48,012 nt of DNA from Victivallaceae bacterium. Its GTDB lineage: Bacteria > Verrucomicrobiota > Lentisphaeria > Victivallales > Victivallaceae. The stretch's first letter is position 1. Every line of letters starts with the position of its first letter. Shown piece by piece: positions 44,898 through 48,012 of this stretch. The stretch covers positions 1-48,012 of the forward strand of contig JAGYNC010000001.1 of the NCBI GenBank assembly GCA_018400135.1, given 5' to 3'. The notes below the pieces were generated by a model. The model saw only the letters and a list, made by a program, of their open reading frames with translations. It did not search any database and was not told the DNA's origin. The translations under genes were made by a program, and so were the position numbers.

Positions 44898-45681
44898 CTT
44901 GTGATTGCGGCTTCGGAGTGAAAGATAAAAAAGGCGGAATAAAATCCGCTGCTTTCAAAGGAACATTGAGTTTATAAAGAATAATTTTGTATTTACTTGC
45001 TGTTTGCCCGCTTTGTACAGTAATTTCATCTGGAATCATCACATTATCGTAAAGCGCGTATCTTTCAATGGTGGCGTGATAGCGTTCGCTTCCTTTGTCG
45101 TTAAGAAGAGTATTAATACTTTTGGTCAAAAAGTTATTTTTCCCCACATAGATGTTGAACGGCTGTTGTCCTTCTACCGCAGAAATGCACTCAAGGCGAT
45201 AGTAAGGTTTGTTGTCACGCAAAATGCATTGTGAAAGCCGGATTTCAGGAAAAAGCTGCTGGTAGGAGCGATCCGGCCGGCTCATACCAAAAAAGACGCG
45301 CATCCGCTCAAGAGTTATACCCTCAATTTTGGTTGTTCGTTGCTTACGATAATCAACCACCCAGGCTTCACGGCCATCGAAGAAAATAGCGGTAACCGGT
45401 TTATTTTCTTCAATTGTCGTCATTCTCAGAAATTCGGGGCGTTTAAAAATGGTTTCTACAATATAGTGTCGAGCCTGGCTGCCGCTTTCCACTAACATCT
45501 GACGTTGTACATAAGATTGAGCTTGGCGAAACACGCCATTGGGGTCCATCGTCTTTCGCATTTTTTGTTCAAGTGAGTCAAGACTGATATCGGCCGGTTG
45601 ATATTTCGGTTCAAAGGTTGAACAACCTGTAAGCATAAAGCCAAGCATTACCAGCCCGATAATTATACGCGATAACATCAT
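44893..45681 (-). CDS. Hypothetical lipoprotein (LolA-like candidate)
   Basis: Signal peptide with lipobox MLTGCS, starting at MMLSRII. Confidence 0.6.
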   Translation of the reverse strand: MMLSRIIIGLVMLGFMLTGCSTFEPKYQPADISLDSLEQKMRKTMDPNGVFRQAQSYVQRQMLVESGSQARHYIVETIFKRPEFLRMTTIEENKPVTAIFFDGREAWVVDYRKQRTTKIEGITLERMRVFFGMSRPDRSYQQLFPEIRLSQCILRDNKPYYRLECISAVEGQQPFNIYVGKNNFLTKSINTLLNDKGSERYHATIERYALYDNVMIPDEITVQSGQTASKYKIILYKLNVPLKAADFIPPFLSFTPKPQSQD

Positions 45682-45798
45682 GAATTGAGCCCTCCTGAGT
45701 TGCGGTTTTATCTGTGCCGCAAGTAGCAACCGTTGTTATTGTCTGGATAAAAATAGTCCACGATAACCTTTAATACAAATTACAGAAGACGATGTTTA

Positions 45799-46701
45799 TT
45801 ATTCTGGCTGGTAAATCTCCACCACGCAGGGAGCAACACGGAATGCCAGACCGGTGGCCTGGCAGATATAACTGATAACGCGATAGAGAGATTCCTGTGG
45901 CAGTTTCGCGTTAATAATAAATTCTCGCTCAGCTATATCCTTTTCCTGGTAGAAATTGACTCCCTGTCCATCAGAATCATGCTGAATCGCCAGTTCGCGC
46001 AATATCTTTAAAGCTTCTTTCAATGGGGTCTCTTTAAATTCGACATCAACCATAATGTCATATAACTTAGCTTTAGTCAGCGGAAAGTCTTCAGGAATTT
46101 TATACGGATGCCGTTTAGCGCGGTTTTCGGCAATAATTTCGGCCTCAGTTTTGGGCTGCCGCGGCATGGAATCATACCAGAAACCGGAGTAAAATTTTCT
46201 AAAAACCGGCATGGGCGGCATGGTTATTACCGTATTGCCGACAACAACGGTTTTCCCCGGTCGGTAGCCGATTGGATAATGCGTGCTTTCTCCAATGGCA
46301 ATACGTGTGCCATCAGGGTATTTATCCAATGCAGAATGCTTTAATTTATATTCTTCGGGATAGTATGGTTCAATCAGTTTTAGACTTTTTCCGAGGTAAA
46401 GCAATCCTTCGCGAAATTGATAACGTACTCCCGCTTCGCGTGCGGCATATTTAACCGCCACCCATAATGGCACGTGTTTTAAGTCAAGGTTGATGCGATG
46501 CAATTTGTCCAGCTCGGCGCTGGTATCCTCCAGCACAGAGTTGACCCGGTATTCAGAGCGGAGGATTTTGGTAAATTCGCGAAGAGTAATATTATCCAGA
46601 TGCATTGACGGGACATATATATCAGTCTGAGACGCCTCCACAGAAGCAAAAATTAGCAGCGTCGAAAATATGGCAGCAACTCTGATTATAAAAGTGTTCA
46701 T
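45799..46701 (-). CDS. Secreted protein with two STN-like (secretin/TonB N-terminal-like) segments
   Basis: Signal peptide MNTFIIRVAAIFSTLLIFASVEA. The segments ITLREFTKILRSEY and PLKEALKILRELA resemble STN motifs. Confidence 0.55.
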   Translation of the reverse strand: MNTFIIRVAAIFSTLLIFASVEASQTDIYVPSMHLDNITLREFTKILRSEYRVNSVLEDTSAELDKLHRINLDLKHVPLWVAVKYAAREAGVRYQFREGLLYLGKSLKLIEPYYPEEYKLKHSALDKYPDGTRIAIGESTHYPIGYRPGKTVVVGNTVITMPPMPVFRKFYSGFWYDSMPRQPKTEAEIIAENRAKRHPYKIPEDFPLTKAKLYDIMVDVEFKETPLKEALKILRELAIQHDSDGQGVNFYQEKDIAEREFIINAKLPQESLYRVISYICQATGLAFRVAPCVVEIYQPE

Positions 46702-46714
46702 AATACAGCAAAAT

Positions 46715-47611
46715 TTAAACTTGTCCTTGTTTGTGGAAAAGACCGCTGGTCCACTCATTTTCATTTTGAGAATCAACTAGTTCCATACCATATTCGCGTT
46801 GCAGTCTTGACGCTAATCGTGAAAATTCCGCCTGCAGGGTGCCGGCCAGAATCAAATAACCCGACGCGCGGACAAAGGAAACCAGACGCGACAAATGCTG
46901 TTCTAATACCACTCCCAGGATATTGGCCGCCACCAGATGATAACCGTCTCGCGATGAACGATAAGCGGCCACATCCGCCGTACTGATATTGACGGCATTG
47001 ACGGGCAGGCGATTGATGGCGAAATTTTCCATTGCCACTTTAACGGCAAGCGGGTCGTTATCGAATGCGTCAATCGGTGCATATCCAAGTTTGGCGGCGG
47101 CGATGGAAAGGATGCCTGAACCACTTCCGGCATCAAGCAAGGAACAATCCGGACTGCTTCCGGCTAATTTGTCCATGATTCTCAAACAGTAGGAAGTTGT
47201 GGCGTGCCGGCCAGTGCCGAAACTCATGCCGGGATCAATGTCCACCACTACCTGTCCGGGAGTCGGTTCATAAGCCAGCCAGCTGGGACGAATCACCAGC
47301 CGGGGAGACAAGTGAATAATATCAAAGAATTTCTTCCAGACTTCGCTCCACTCTTCTTTTGCCAGTTCAACAGTTTGGATGTTGTTGATGCTAAGACCAA
47401 CTCTCTTCCAGTCGGGGATCAATGCCCGCAATCCGCTCGCGACTTCTTCAGCTTCACCTTCATCGGCACAATAAATAGTATATTGCGTTTGCCCTGACTC
47501 ATCATCACTCCAGCTGCTGAATGCAACATCCTGAGCGGCAATAAATTCCTGAGTCAATTCCGGATTACCTGACGCATCCGTCAGCTTGCAACAATGAATA
47601 ACCTCGTCCAC
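46715..47611 (-). CDS. prmA: Ribosomal protein L11 methyltransferase
   Basis: SAM motif LLDAGSGSGILSIAAAKLG and PrmA-like length, with a GTG start. Confidence 0.88.
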   Translation of the reverse strand: MDEVIHCCKLTDASGNPELTQEFIAAQDVAFSSWSDDESGQTQYTIYCADEGEAEEVASGLRALIPDWKRVGLSINNIQTVELAKEEWSEVWKKFFDIIHLSPRLVIRPSWLAYEPTPGQVVVDIDPGMSFGTGRHATTSYCLRIMDKLAGSSPDCSLLDAGSGSGILSIAAAKLGYAPIDAFDNDPLAVKVAMENFAINRLPVNAVNISTADVAAYRSSRDGYHLVAANILGVVLEQHLSRLVSFVRASGYLILAGTLQAEFSRLASRLQREYGMELVDSQNENEWTSGLFHKQGQV

Positions 47612-47616
47612 TTAGC

Positions 47617-47730
47617 TTATTTTCCGGTCGATTTCGAAGATTTTATCAGTTGGCGAACCGCCATTTTTTTGCGGGCAAAATATGCTTTCCGCCGCCGCCG
47701 TTTTTCAATTTTGTTAATTTGCTGTCCCAT
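47617..47730 (-). CDS. Candidate 37-aa highly basic small protein (MGQQINKIEKRRRRKAYFARKKMAVRQLIKSSKSTGK)
   Basis: The ATG is preceded by AAGGAAAC at suitable spacing, and the stop lies 5 nt before the prmA GTG. It is below the ORF-track size cutoff. Confidence 0.35.
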   Translation of the reverse strand: MGQQINKIEKRRRRKAYFARKKMAVRQLIKSSKSTGK

Positions 47731-47866
47731 GAAATTGTTTCCTTTTTTAAGTTGTATTTTTAAGAGAAAGGAGAGTTTTGAAATTGTCTCAAACTGTGAA
47801 TCTAACGGGTTGAGACGTAAAATTCAAATACAATTAACAAAAATTGTGGAACGGAGGGAATTCTTG

Positions 47867-47947
47867 GTAAGGCCTCACTCTTTCCTTTGGTTCGGGGTCA
47901 ATACTACACAGCCTCGTCGTTCCTCCTCGGGTGTCGTAGCCTCGACC
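47867..47947 (+). repeat. Family-A repeat, copy A6 (3' terminus missing)
   Basis: GTAAGGCCTCACTCTTTCCTTTGGTTCGGGGTCAATACTACACAGCCTCGTCGTTCCTCCTCGGGTGTCGTAGCCTCGACC, after which it is unrelated sequence. Confidence 0.75.
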
Positions 47948-48012
47948 TGCTTATGTCCCGTAAATTAAGCTGGTAATTTTATAATATTCTGCTATCTTCC
48001 TTTCATTCACTC

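Noticed and set aside
8367-47947. The dispersed ~100-bp repeats as a CRISPR array.
   Set aside because: The copies are kilobases apart, occur in both orientations and carry terminal inverted repeats. There are no regularly spaced short spacers and no cas genes in the window.

Overview
This is a 48-kb chromosomal window from an anaerobic bacterium, probably of the PVC group. The PVC guess rests on two prepilin-type proteins with an H-X9-DG C-terminus; the anaerobic lifestyle on an [FeFe]-hydrogenase, a rubredoxin and an acylating aldehyde dehydrogenase. The left ~8 kb is accessory DNA. It holds a 5'-truncated IS66-family transposase, then an integrative island (P4/D5-type primase-helicase, two unknown proteins of 244 and 657 aa, a small HTH/excisionase-like protein and a tyrosine integrase) abutting the 3' end of tRNA-Ser(GGA). 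The rest is mostly housekeeping: pgsA, rimO, an inositol monophosphatase-family gene, tsaC, hydCBA, a ZnuABC-like transporter, uvrB, nagB, gmk, a stand-alone coaC, a nucleotide-sugar dehydrogenase, fba, a PfkB kinase, glmM, a GlmU-like hexapeptide-repeat protein, folB and prmA. The main feature the ORF track does not explain is a set of ~100-bp intergenic hairpin repeats. There are six family-A copies and two family-B copies. The families share termini (GTAAnGCCTCACTCTTT ... AAAGAGTGAGGnnTTAC) but differ internally, and the intact copies have near-identical 8-bp flanks. These look like MITEs mobilised by an IS66-type transposase, and they create spurious ORFs and N-terminal extensions in the six-frame track. 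Other items: an unlisted 53-aa rubredoxin gene, a transposase C-terminal remnant, a GC-rich structured block with a candidate promoter and terminator upstream of the hydrogenase operon, a perfect 22-bp palindrome, and a thrice-repeated palindromic motif upstream of rubredoxin. No CRISPR array or rRNA was seen.
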